A stretch of DNA of 64,000 nucleotides from an uncultured Solirubrobacteraceae bacterium (GCA_963766105.1 CAVXYO010000001.1:10619-74618); one strand, 5' to 3'. Numbered from the stretch's first letter, positions 18,515-27,664 are shown. Numbers and translations: made by a program. Notes: generated from the sequence alone by a model not told the origin.

Positions 18515-19399
18515 CTAACCGGTGGGTTCGCGCCTGACGGTGCGCCGCGCAAGCGCGAGCGCGACCAGGCAGCCGATCACGACGCCGACGAGCAGGCCGA
18601 TCAGCGCGAACTTCTGCACCTTGGCGCTGTGATCGCTGCTCGCGCTCTGGGCGCCGGCGAGCAGCGAGACGAGCCCGCTGCTCGGACCGCGCGTGGAGAT
18701 TGCGCTCGTGTACGCGACGCCGATCGCCCGCAGCTTGACCGAGGCCGCGTTCTTCTGCGCTTCGGCGGCCGCGAGCGCGGGCGAGTACCCGCGCTTGTGA
18801 CGGCTCGCGCGCGCGACTTCGGCAACGGTGCGTCGCAGCGCAATCGATGCGTCGCGGTATTCGTGCAGCAGCGATTCGGCCTGCGGGTTGGTGCTGTTGC
18901 TGTGCCCCTCGTAGGCGATCAGCGCAGCAGACGCGGTATTGGCGAGCTGGACGGCCGCGAGTTCGCTCGGTCCGGTGGCAATCACGCGAAATGCCGGGCT
19001 GGTGGGGATCGGTGAGGAGGAGAGGCGCCCGGCTGCGTCGCGCGGCGGTACGCGCAGCTTGTCCTGCACCGCGGCGAGCACCGGTTCGGCGTCGATCGCC
19101 CGGCTGAACGCGGTCGCCAGCGAGGCGGCGGACTGCACGTAGCCGAAGAAGCCCGGCGAGTTCGGGTTCACCTGCCCGACCTGAAGCGTCGCCGAGGCCG
19201 TGTAGGTGGCCGGCCTCGAAAGGCCGTACGCACCGCCCGCGAGCGCGAGCAGGAGCGCGCACAGCCCGACGATCCACCTGTGGCGGACGATCGCGCCGTA
19301 GGCGAAGCTGTCGGGCGGCTCGAAGATCCCGTGAATCGCATGCTCGCGCCCGTTGGTGGCCGCCGTGGGCGACTCGGCGCTTCTGGGGGCGGTGATCAT
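18515..19399 (-). CDS. Wzz/chain-length-determinant-like polysaccharide co-polymerase
   Basis: ATG 19399 with GAGGA RBS. N-terminal TM followed by P.YTASATL.V, a helical periplasmic region and a C-terminal TM with G...G. No kinase domain. Confidence 0.7.
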   Translation of the reverse strand: MITAPRSAESPTAATNGREHAIHGIFEPPDSFAYGAIVRHRWIVGLCALLLALAGGAYGLSRPATYTASATLQVGQVNPNSPGFFGYVQSAASLATAFSRAIDAEPVLAAVQDKLRVPPRDAAGRLSSSPIPTSPAFRVIATGPSELAAVQLANTASAALIAYEGHSNSTNPQAESLLHEYRDASIALRRTVAEVARASRHKRGYSPALAAAEAQKNAASVKLRAIGVAYTSAISTRGPSSGLVSLLAGAQSASSDHSAKVQKFALIGLLVGVVIGCLVALALARRTVRREPTG

Positions 19400-19581
19400 G
19401 GAGTCCTCGATCAGTGGCACTGGTTCGCGTTGCGTCCCGATTGCGGAGCTACAGCTAGAACGACCCATGTGCGCCCAAACTTGCGCTCGGGCGGAGCGGT
19501 CGCCGGGGGAGTTGCCCCGCGCCGGCGGCGGCTTGAGGTTAAGTACGAGCAGACGAATTATTCGACATTGACGATTACGAG

Positions 19582-19608
19582 GTGTCTCTAGAAGTCTGTT
19601 AGAGACAC
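19582..19608. promoter_or_regulatory. Inverted repeat in a divergent promoter region
   Basis: GTGTCTCTA-N9-TAGAGACAC with perfect 9-bp arms, in an AT-richer intergenic stretch. Confidence 0.5.
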
Positions 19609-19762
19609 TTGTCCGCCAAGCCGATCTTGCTTAGTACGATTGCGCGGCTTTGCGCAGGGACGCGCAGCGACTGCTGCCGGTGACACGCCAATCCGATGCT
19701 CGATCCTCACACGGCCAATGCGCGCGGAGAGCGCAGGTAGCTCCGACGGGGGAGACAGACCC

Positions 19763-20977
19763 ATGGCTACGGCAGCGGTCGATCGATCGAACACGCGCAG
19801 CAAGGTGCCGAGAACCTCGCGCGCCACGATCGAGCGCGAAGCGTTCGCGGCATTTCCCTACGGCCTGCTGGTGCTCGACCGCGACGGCAGGGTCCTCTGC
19901 CAGAATCGCGAGGCAGCTCGCCTGATCGAGGTCGCGGGGGGCCGCAAGGCGGGGCTGTCGTGCTGCACGTTGCTGGGATGCCGGGCGGCCGGAAGCGTGC
20001 TCGCGGGAGTGTGCGTGACCGAGCTGGCAATCACCCGCCGCGAGACGCTGCCGGAGGTGCGCGTCGACCTGCCCGGCCCGGCGGGGCCGATCGCGACGTG
20101 GGTGACCGCCGCGGCGATCGACGACGAGCTCGGCGCCAGGGTCTTGCTGCAGTTGCGTCCCGGCGTAGCCAACGACCGGCGACGCCGGACGACGCCGCAC
20201 TGGATGACCGGGCCGCGCCTGCGTGTCCAGAGCCTCGGCCGTACGGTCGTCGAATCGGCGGAGGGGCCGATTGCGGGAGCTTGGCTGGACCAGCGCACCG
20301 GGCAGCTGTTGAAGTTCCTCGTAGCCGAGCGCCAGCGCGCTGTGCCGACGGAGGAGATCGGCGAGAACCTCTGGCCCGGCGCCGACTACGCCGTCGGTGG
20401 CAGCGTCCGCTACTACATACACGCGCTGCGCCGCAAGATCGAACCGCAGCGAGGCAGCCGCGCGCCCTCCGCTTTCATCGTCTCGCGCGCCGGCAGCTAC
20501 CGGCTGAACCTCGACCAGGTGCAGGTCGACGCCGACGACTTCGAGGAGCACGTGAACGCCGGCCTGCGTGTGCTCGATGCCGACCCGGGAACGGCAGCGG
20601 CGGCGATCGAGCGGGGTCTCGCCGTCTACCGCGGTGACTTCCTCGCCGACCTTCCCTACGCCGAGTGGGCGATGCTCGAGCGACACCGCTTGCACGATCT
20701 GGCGTGCACCGCGCTGCGCGCGCTCGCCCGCCTGCATCTGCAGCGGGCCGCGGTCGACGAGGCCGTCGGCTGCCTGGAGCGACTGACCCGCTTGCAGCCC
20801 TATGACGAAGACGTGCACCGCCGTTTGATGGAACTGGACATCGCCCAGGGACGCCGCAGCGATGCGGTGCGACGTTATGAGGTGCTGCGTTCTAGGATTC
20901 GCCGCACGTTCGGCCATGACCTGGACTTCACACCTGCCGACCTCGCACCGCTCACACCGCCGGCCACGCGCCCCTGA
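19763..20977 (+). CDS. SARP-like transcriptional regulator (PAS-like + winged HTH + BTAD)
   Basis: ATG 19763 after GGAGA. PYGLLVLDRDGRVLCQNREAARL (PAS-like), LLKFLV...EEIGENLWP...YIHALRRKIEP (wHTH), YRGDFLADLPY.EW and QPYDEDVHRRLM (BTAD). Confidence 0.85.
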   Translation: MATAAVDRSNTRSKVPRTSRATIEREAFAAFPYGLLVLDRDGRVLCQNREAARLIEVAGGRKAGLSCCTLLGCRAAGSVLAGVCVTELAITRRETLPEVRVDLPGPAGPIATWVTAAAIDDELGARVLLQLRPGVANDRRRRTTPHWMTGPRLRVQSLGRTVVESAEGPIAGAWLDQRTGQLLKFLVAERQRAVPTEEIGENLWPGADYAVGGSVRYYIHALRRKIEPQRGSRAPSAFIVSRAGSYRLNLDQVQVDADDFEEHVNAGLRVLDADPGTAAAAIERGLAVYRGDFLADLPYAEWAMLERHRLHDLACTALRALARLHLQRAAVDEAVGCLERLTRLQPYDEDVHRRLMELDIAQGRRSDAVRRYEVLRSRIRRTFGHDLDFTPADLAPLTPPATRP

Positions 20978-21090
20978 GCGCCTTGGCGCGTCGTTCGGTC
21001 TTTCGTACTTTTCTCGACCCCGCGCAACGTGAGCTTCGCTTCGCGCCGAGCGTTGAAGGAGAGTGTGCCCTCGTTCGATCGAAGCGAATC

Positions 21091-21306
21091 GTGAGCGACG
21101 CCGATCGTCCCCGGGTCAGTCCCTCGCGAAGCGTCGAGGTCGCGCTGGGCGAGTTCGCCTGGGAGGCGCTGGACGCCGAAAGCGCCCGGCTCGGCGTCGA
21201 TGCGCGCGAGCTGTTCGAGTTCGCGCTGCTGTACTACCTGGCAGATGTCGACAGCGGGCGCATCGCCCGCGAGATCCGCAGGAGCCTGCCACCCGCCGGC
21301 CCATAA
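21091..21306 (+). CDS. Small hypothetical protein, ribbon-helix-helix-like
   Basis: GTG 21091. Strand-helix-helix pattern SVEVAL / EFAWEALDAESARLG / ARELFEFALLYYLA. Confidence 0.55.
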   Translation: MSDADRPRVSPSRSVEVALGEFAWEALDAESARLGVDARELFEFALLYYLADVDSGRIAREIRRSLPPAGP

Positions 21307-21323
21307 CGGGCAACCGCGTCGCG

Positions 21324-21968
21324 CTAGCTTCCCGGCCCGGCCGCCGTCGCGGGCGCCGCTCCGCGTTCTCTCAGGTCGGCCGTCAGAGCCCGCCTGCCGC
21401 GGTGGTGCAGCCCATGCACGGAGCCCTCCGAGCGCCCGGTGCGCTCGGCGATCTCGGTCGGCGACAGGCCGGCGAGATGACGCAGCACGAGCACTTCGCG
21501 CTGCTCGCACGGCAGCGTCGAGAGCGCCTCTCGCAGGTCGTTGAGGCGCGTCGCGCCCGCCGGGTCGCCGCCGCCTTCGTCGCTGGTCCTGATGTCTTCG
21601 ACCGGGACGGGGCGGGGGCGGCGCACGTAGTCGAGCGCGACGTTTCGCGACACGCGCAGAACCCAGGCGAGGAAGGGCACCTCGCGCTCCTCGTACTTGC
21701 CGATCACGTGCATCAACTTGGCGAACACGTGCTGTGTGATGTCCTCGGCGTCGTGCGGATCGTGGACGATGCTGCGCACGTAGCCGTACACGTTGTCCGC
21801 GTAGCGTGCGTAGAGGAACCCCATCGCCGCGCGGTCGCCTTGCTGGGCGCGCTTGACCGCGCGCGAGACCATTCGCCTGGCCGCGAGCTCGTCCTCGCCG
21901 AGTGCCTTGGGCTCGGGCGACCTACGGGCGGCGCTTCGCTGCCCCGTTGTCCCGGTCGCGACCCTCAC
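21324..21968 (-). CDS. ECF-type RNA polymerase sigma-70 factor
   Basis: Region 2 LYARYADNVYGYV...DAEDITQHVF...WVLRVSRN. Region 4 LPCEQREVLVLRHLAGLSPTEIAE..GRSEGSV. Start at GTG 21968 or 22010. Confidence 0.9.
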   Translation of the reverse strand: MRVATGTTGQRSAARRSPEPKALGEDELAARRMVSRAVKRAQQGDRAAMGFLYARYADNVYGYVRSIVHDPHDAEDITQHVFAKLMHVIGKYEEREVPFLAWVLRVSRNVALDYVRRPRPVPVEDIRTSDEGGGDPAGATRLNDLREALSTLPCEQREVLVLRHLAGLSPTEIAERTGRSEGSVHGLHHRGRRALTADLRERGAAPATAAGPGS

Positions 21969-22204
21969 GACGCAAACCGCGCTGTTGTACCGACTATCCC
22001 CGTAACCCACCGCATCGCTTGTCTCCTCCTTGGTCTGACGTCTCCTCTAGTCCACGAGGAGAAGCAAAGCGAGCGTTTGTTGTGAGGCGGTTTACAAGTG
22101 CGTTTGATTACTGTTAGAAGACCGAAATAGCGGTGTTCCGAGCATGAAAACGCACAAATCGTCTAGTTCATGCTTTTAGTGCAATTTGTGAAGTACGCCA
22201 ATTC

Positions 22205-25200
22205 TCAGCGCACCTTGACGGTCGCCTTCGCGCCGATGTTGCCGGCCTCGTCGACCGCCTGCAGCGACAGCTGACGGGCGCCCGCCGGCAGCGAAACTTC
22301 GCGGCTGAATGCGCTGCCGCCTGCAACGGGCGCGCCGATACCGATCCCGGCCGGCTTGTTGTTGACCTTTGTCAGATAGGAGCTCGGGGTGCCGCACGCG
22401 CCGTCGTCGCCGGGAGCGGTGAACGTGAGGCGATATTTGCCGCCGCCGAGTGACGCGAGCGCCACGTTCGCGGGAGCGTTCGGCGGCGTGCCGTCGTGGT
22501 CGTAGTTGCCACTGCTCTGCTGGTCGTGGCGGAAGCTCGGCCACTGGCTCTGGCAGGCGGGCGCCTGCGTCTGCCACTCGAACAGGTAGCCCTCGCGCGT
22601 GAGATCGGCCATGCGCCCGTCGGCGGCGAGCGCGGGTGGCGCGTACAGCCAGCCGCCGGTCTGCTTGGGGAAGCCCGGGATGTCCCGGCCGGTTGCGCCG
22701 TCGTAGGCGTGCAGGAGCCCCAGCCCGGTGCCGCCGACCACCTGGCTCGTCGGCAGCGTCGGATCGAGTTTGGCGACGTTGTTCGCCGACAAGAGCTGGT
22801 AGTCGTCGGTGACCGTCGGGAACGCGGGCAGCGTCACGCCGGTCGCGCCGTCGAAGGCGCCGATCAGATGGTTGTAGGGGAAGTTCTGACCGACCAGCAG
22901 CAGGTTGGCGGCCTGGCTGAGCGACAGCTCGTACTTGACCACGTCCGGCGTGCCGGTGCCGAGCAGGTCGCCGATCGACGCCGACTCGAACAGGTTGATC
23001 GCGCCCGACCGGTCGGTCGCATCGGACGCCGCCCCGAACGCCTCCGGGCCGACCTGCTGCAGCGTGCGCACGACCTGGCCGGCGGGGCTGAGCTCCTCCA
23101 GCGAGCCGCCGGTCGCCGAAGCGACGATCACCGTCTGCCCGCCGATCTTGACGATCGAGGCGTCCTGACCGGGGCCGATGAAGGGCAGCGTGTCCTGGAT
23201 GATCCCCGGCATCGCGACCGGCCAGCCGGCGAGCAGTTTGCCGCTCGCGCCATCGACTGCATACAGGCGTCCGCTGGTGCCAGCCGCGGCGGAGGTGACG
23301 CCGGCGAAGCTCACGTCGCCGCTGTTGCTCACCGCGCCGTACACCTCGTTGCTCGCCACGACGACGTCGTCGTGGCCGGAGTTGGTCAGGTCGGCGATTG
23401 CCGGCTCGTTGATCGACTCGGCGACCATCGCTTTGCCGGCGGCAGCTTCGACCGGGTCGACGAGCGCCACCGGGTACCCCTTGACGGGCTTGCCGTTCGC
23501 GCGCCAGGCGTACAGATGCCCGTCGAGGCTCGGCTCGACGATGTCCGGCTTGGCGGAGAAGCCTTCCAGGTGAGCGATCGCCGGCGTCGCCAAGAAGCCG
23601 CACTTCGGATGGCTGCTGTCGGTCTCCAGCGCCGGCGCGCAGAACGCAGGGTTGGCCGAAACGGGGAAGTGGGCGACGGGCTTGCCGTTGGCGTGCCACG
23701 CATACAGATGTGTGCCGGCCGCGGTGATCACGTCGGCGCTGCCGTTGCCGGCGAGGTCGGCGATCACTGGCCCGCGCGGAGCCTCGCGCGGCAGCCCCAG
23801 CGCCGCCAGCGCGGGGGAGCCCGAGTGACCGAGCGCCGACTGCTGCACTTCGGTCTGCACCGGCCAGCCCTTCAGCTCGCTGCCGTCCGGCTCATACGCG
23901 TGCACCTTGCCGTCCTCGCTGGGGACGATCAGCTCCTGGACGTTGTCGCCGTTGAGATCGGCGTAGCGCGTCGGCGCCTCGCCGCCCGAGCCGATCCGCT
24001 TGGGATAGCCGGGCTTCAGCGTGGGGTCGGTGAAGGTCGTGAACACGCGGCGGTCGATGCCGGTCATGGCGATTCCAGGCCCGCTGACCTCCAGCTGCAC
24101 GGTGAACTGCTTTTCAAACGGATTGGCGCCGCCGGCGGCGAACGTCGGGCCGCCTGCGTCCGGCGGCACCACGTAGCTCGCCAGCGCGCTGCGAACGGCG
24201 TTGAGGTCGATCGAGCCGAAGTCGGTGACGGTGCCGTTGGAGTCGCCTTCGCGCACGGTCGACCACGTCGACGGCGTCTCGCCGGCGCCCCACATGAGCT
24301 TCCAGTGCAGCTGGGTGCCGGCCGTGAAGCGCGCCCGCGCAAGCCCTTCGATCTCGGTGCTCGATCCGGTCAGCGGCGCGTACCAGTCCGGCGAGTCGAT
24401 TGCGGCCTCCGGCGGGATGTTCCCGGCGGCGACCGCCCCGACGGCCGCGCCGATGTCGGCGCGTCCCCAGCCGAAGTGAGGCGACCACTGCTCGTCGCTC
24501 GGCAGCGTCGCGTCGGCGCCCGGGTCGGCGACACCGGCCCCTTCGGTGTTCGCGCCGAGCACGCGCTCGGCCGTCTGCTCGAGCAGCTCACGCGTCTCGT
24601 CGGGGCGCAGCGAGATCCCGTGGTCGAGGCCCGCGCTGACGACCAGCGCCGCGGCGCCGGAGGCCTTGCTCGTGTTGACCGAGCCTGTCGGCCCCTCCAT
24701 CGCGATCGAGCTCTTGCCGCCGTACTGCGTCGTGTTGGCGCCGCGGAAGAAGGTGCCGACGGGCACGTTCGAGCCGAGGCACGCCGGCTGACCGGCGAGC
24801 CCGCACAGTTTCTGCGCCTGCACCCACTGGCTCGATTCTTCGCCGAGGCCGACGCTGTCGGGCACCGTGCCCTGGATCAACATCGCGTGCCCGTAGTTGG
24901 CCGGGTAGTTGTGGTCGCCGGTGTTCAGGTCGTCGCCGGAGAACGTCTGCACGACGCCGTGGTCGTAGGCGTACTGCGAGGCCGCCTCGGCGAACGCCGA
25001 GTGATACAGGCTCCCGTTCGCGCCCTCGATCACCTTCGCGCCGTTGTCGGTCGCGTAGGTGATCCCCAGTGCGAAGTCGTTGGCATCGGAGACGAACGTG
25101 TCCCAGGTGCGTACGGGCATGACCTGGCAGTGCGGGCAGACGCCGATCGATCCCTGGCCGTCGTTGCCCTGCTCGACCGCGTCGACGGCGCGCCCGGTCC

Positions 25201-26029
25201 CGTGGTGGTGTGCAGCGAAGTAGCTGGAGGTGTCCGTCGGGTCGTTGGTGTTGTCGAAGAAGTTCCAGCCGGCGATGTCGTTTGCATAACCGTTGCCGTC
25301 ATTGTCGAAATGCCCGCCGGCCGGACACTGCACGATCAGGTGGCTGTCGCCGTCGATCTGGCAGTTGCCGAAGACGTGCAGCAGATCCTGTGCGGTGATC
25401 AGCGAGGCCGGCCCGGTGCGCCCCGTGTAGGAAAGGCTCACGCGCGGGTCTTGTGCGTAGTCGTCGACGTTGACCACGCCGTTGCCGTCGCAGTCGTAGG
25501 CTGCGCACGAGGAGCCGTCGGCACGCTCGGGATAGGGGAGCTCGCCTGTGCTCAGGTGAATCTGATCGCGCAGCCCGCGCTCGCTCCAATCGAAGCCGTC
25601 GTCGAGGATCGCGATCACCGCGTCGGCTCGCCCGCGCTCGCCCTTCCACGCGCCCGCCGCGTTGAAGCCGGCGACCATCGGCTTGCCGGCGTGCGGGCCG
25701 GCTTTGTAGATCGCGTTCGGCGTCAGCTGCGAGGGGAACCCGAACAGGTCGAAGCGCTCGGCGTAGAAGTTCGATGAGCGATTGGCTTCGGGTTGCTGGG
25801 TGTCGGGCTCTGCCTGGTCGTAGGCCGGGTCGTTGGGCGTGTCCTGGCGCTGCACGCTGCCGTAGGTGAACTGCTGGGCGGTTTCCGCCGAGCAGGGGTT
25901 CTCAAAGCCGCCGCAGCTCGACGCGCTTGCGCCGCCCGCAGGAAGCGCTCCCAACAAGACCAGCGCGCACGCTGCCACCAGCGATCGCGCGAAGGCGCGC
26001 AGCCCGCGCCGAGTCCCCTCCCGTTTCAC
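22205..26029 (-). CDS. Secreted subtilase-family (S8-like) protein with FG-GAP/beta-propeller repeats and a C-terminal Fn3-like domain (paralog 1)
   Basis: Signal peptide, GGAGG RBS, ILDDG (Asp), HHGTG (His), TGSVNT (Ser), Ca-loop DNDGNGYANDIAGWNF, repeated ADLNGD..E / GWPV motifs. Confidence 0.85.
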   Translation of the reverse strand: MKREGTRRGLRAFARSLVAACALVLLGALPAGGASASSCGGFENPCSAETAQQFTYGSVQRQDTPNDPAYDQAEPDTQQPEANRSSNFYAERFDLFGFPSQLTPNAIYKAGPHAGKPMVAGFNAAGAWKGERGRADAVIAILDDGFDWSERGLRDQIHLSTGELPYPERADGSSCAAYDCDGNGVVNVDDYAQDPRVSLSYTGRTGPASLITAQDLLHVFGNCQIDGDSHLIVQCPAGGHFDNDGNGYANDIAGWNFFDNTNDPTDTSSYFAAHHHGTGRAVDAVEQGNDGQGSIGVCPHCQVMPVRTWDTFVSDANDFALGITYATDNGAKVIEGANGSLYHSAFAEAASQYAYDHGVVQTFSGDDLNTGDHNYPANYGHAMLIQGTVPDSVGLGEESSQWVQAQKLCGLAGQPACLGSNVPVGTFFRGANTTQYGGKSSIAMEGPTGSVNTSKASGAAALVVSAGLDHGISLRPDETRELLEQTAERVLGANTEGAGVADPGADATLPSDEQWSPHFGWGRADIGAAVGAVAAGNIPPEAAIDSPDWYAPLTGSSTEIEGLARARFTAGTQLHWKLMWGAGETPSTWSTVREGDSNGTVTDFGSIDLNAVRSALASYVVPPDAGGPTFAAGGANPFEKQFTVQLEVSGPGIAMTGIDRRVFTTFTDPTLKPGYPKRIGSGGEAPTRYADLNGDNVQELIVPSEDGKVHAYEPDGSELKGWPVQTEVQQSALGHSGSPALAALGLPREAPRGPVIADLAGNGSADVITAAGTHLYAWHANGKPVAHFPVSANPAFCAPALETDSSHPKCGFLATPAIAHLEGFSAKPDIVEPSLDGHLYAWRANGKPVKGYPVALVDPVEAAAGKAMVAESINEPAIADLTNSGHDDVVVASNEVYGAVSNSGDVSFAGVTSAAAGTSGRLYAVDGASGKLLAGWPVAMPGIIQDTLPFIGPGQDASIVKIGGQTVIVASATGGSLEELSPAGQVVRTLQQVGPEAFGAASDATDRSGAINLFESASIGDLLGTGTPDVVKYELSLSQAANLLLVGQNFPYNHLIGAFDGATGVTLPAFPTVTDDYQLLSANNVAKLDPTLPTSQVVGGTGLGLLHAYDGATGRDIPGFPKQTGGWLYAPPALAADGRMADLTREGYLFEWQTQAPACQSQWPSFRHDQQSSGNYDHDGTPPNAPANVALASLGGGKYRLTFTAPGDDGACGTPSSYLTKVNNKPAGIGIGAPVAGGSAFSREVSLPAGARQLSLQAVDEAGNIGAKATVKVR

Positions 26030-26163
26030 ATCAACCTCCCTTTCTGCCGCGAGCCTCTCACACGTCTTCTACGTGCGTCAAGAGTTAAAATTGAGTTGTT
26101 GCAATGTGCACCGCGCCCCGGTGAACTCCTCGTCCTAGGCCGCCGCCGGGACGCCACGCGCAC

Positions 26164-27441
26164 TCACTCGCCGGCCGACTGTGTGGGCACAACGCCCTGC
26201 TGTGGCGCCAGCCCCTGCATCAGGCGCGTCGCGGTGATCAGGTCGAGCAGGTCCGGCAGCAGGTGCGGGTTCAGGCCCGTGTGCTCGGCCACGCGCTGGA
26301 GGCGGTAGAGCACGGTGTTGCGGTGCACGAACAGCGCGGCCGCGGCTCGGCTGGCGTTGAGGTCGCAGGCTGCGTACTCGCCGATCGTCGCGATCAGCTG
26401 ACCGTGCTTGGCGAGGTCGTCGGCGATGAACGCGCGCACGCGATCGGGCACCAAACGCCGCGGTGTGGCGCCGGTCGTGAGCATCACCGTCAGCCGGTCG
26501 ACGAGCGAGGCGTGTGCGAGCGTCAGCGTGTTGCCCGGCCCCGCCGCACCGGCTGCCGCACTCGCCTCGCGATAGGCCTCGCGTACCTGCTCGGGTCCGC
26601 GAGCGGGCAGCCCCACGCCGAGCGCCGGATCGCAGCCGAGCTTGGTCGTCGACAGGCGCATCTCCTGCGCGATCAGCGCGCTGATCGCCAGCGGATCGTC
26701 ATGCGCGAGGGCGACCAGTGCGATCAGGTCGTCGTCGCGTACGTGCACCGCGCTGGCGCGCACGTGGCGTACGTCGCTCAGATGGCGCGACGAGGTCCGC
26801 AGTGCCGCCGCGGCGCGATCGGGAAAGCCGTGCAGGACCATCACCAGGTATGTCTCCTCGGGGCCGACGGGGAAGTTCCCCGCTTGCAGGCGAACGCCCT
26901 CGGAGGTGACGCGCCCGTCGATCATCGCCTCCACCAGGCGGCTCTGCCCACGGTCGAGATCTGCCGCCAGCCGTCGCTCGGCGCGGATGTAGCTCTTGGC
27001 AACCTCCGACCATGCGGCCTCGATGTAGCGCATCATCGGCAGCGCCAGCGAGGCCATCACGTCCTCGCCCGCGCCGACGCGATCGCTCGCCTGTTCGATG
27101 ATCTCCGACAGCACACGGTGGCCCACGCGATAGGCATCGAGGATCTGCTCGGCGGGTATTCCCTGGTCGATGCGCCGCGCCACGGTCACGCGTATGAACG
27201 GCAGCCCCTCCGGCCCCGGCGCGGCCCCGCTGCGCGCGCATTGCACGAACGCGCCGATGTGCTCGGAGACCTGCTCGCCGATTTCCTGTGCGAGCGTTGA
27301 GTCGGGGCTGGTGGCGTATGCCGGCAGCTCGGAGAGGATCGAATCGGTCGCCGTCCGCACGAATTCCTCGCGCTGCTCGACGAGGATCTCCAGCACACGT
27401 TCCTGCGCTTCGTTCAGGACAGCGCGAGCGGCGATGTTCAC
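26164..27441 (-). CDS. PucR/CdaR family transcriptional regulator
   Basis: N-terminal RsbRD_N-like helical region (ILDAYRVG) and C-terminal HTH CDLNASRAAAALFVHRNTVLYRLQRV..TG. GTG start at 27441. Confidence 0.9.
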   Translation of the reverse strand: MNIAARAVLNEAQERVLEILVEQREEFVRTATDSILSELPAYATSPDSTLAQEIGEQVSEHIGAFVQCARSGAAPGPEGLPFIRVTVARRIDQGIPAEQILDAYRVGHRVLSEIIEQASDRVGAGEDVMASLALPMMRYIEAAWSEVAKSYIRAERRLAADLDRGQSRLVEAMIDGRVTSEGVRLQAGNFPVGPEETYLVMVLHGFPDRAAAALRTSSRHLSDVRHVRASAVHVRDDDLIALVALAHDDPLAISALIAQEMRLSTTKLGCDPALGVGLPARGPEQVREAYREASAAAGAAGPGNTLTLAHASLVDRLTVMLTTGATPRRLVPDRVRAFIADDLAKHGQLIATIGEYAACDLNASRAAAALFVHRNTVLYRLQRVAEHTGLNPHLLPDLLDLITATRLMQGLAPQQGVVPTQSAGE

Positions 27442-27505
27442 ACCGCCCAAATCTCGAGATCGCAAAGCATGACCGGGCATTACCCCGCACGCGAGGTTCT
27501 CATTC

Positions 27506-27520
27506 TGTGCAACTCGCACA
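27506..27520. promoter_or_regulatory. Candidate PucR/CdaR operator
   Basis: TGTGC-AACTC-GCACA palindrome between the divergent pucR and acylase genes. Confidence 0.55.
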
Positions 27521-27664
27521 AAGGCGCTGACGAAAGTCAGTGCGCGTCAGACAGGTTGGCGATCGGCGGCGCGGGTAATCACGACAACGGCGGGATACAG
27601 AGCGAGCGAGGGGAATGCAGTGACGGCCAAGGGTGGGAGTGCAGTGCGCGCCGGGCGCGAGTGG

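Noticed and set aside
16001-19015. Very long antisense or alternate-frame ORFs (e.g. 16001-19015 +, 22496-25777 +, 30625-34566 +, 30701-33487 -, 10854-13733 -)
   Set aside because: They overlap well-supported genes and translate to Arg/Ala/Gly-rich text without motifs. These are shadow ORFs expected in high-GC DNA.
27527-27540. Hammerhead ribozyme (CTGACGA...GAAA) or c-di-GMP-I riboswitch in the acylase leader
   Set aside because: There is no stem II between CUGANGA and GAAA, and the GEMM P1/P2 context is missing. It is only a simple GNRA hairpin.
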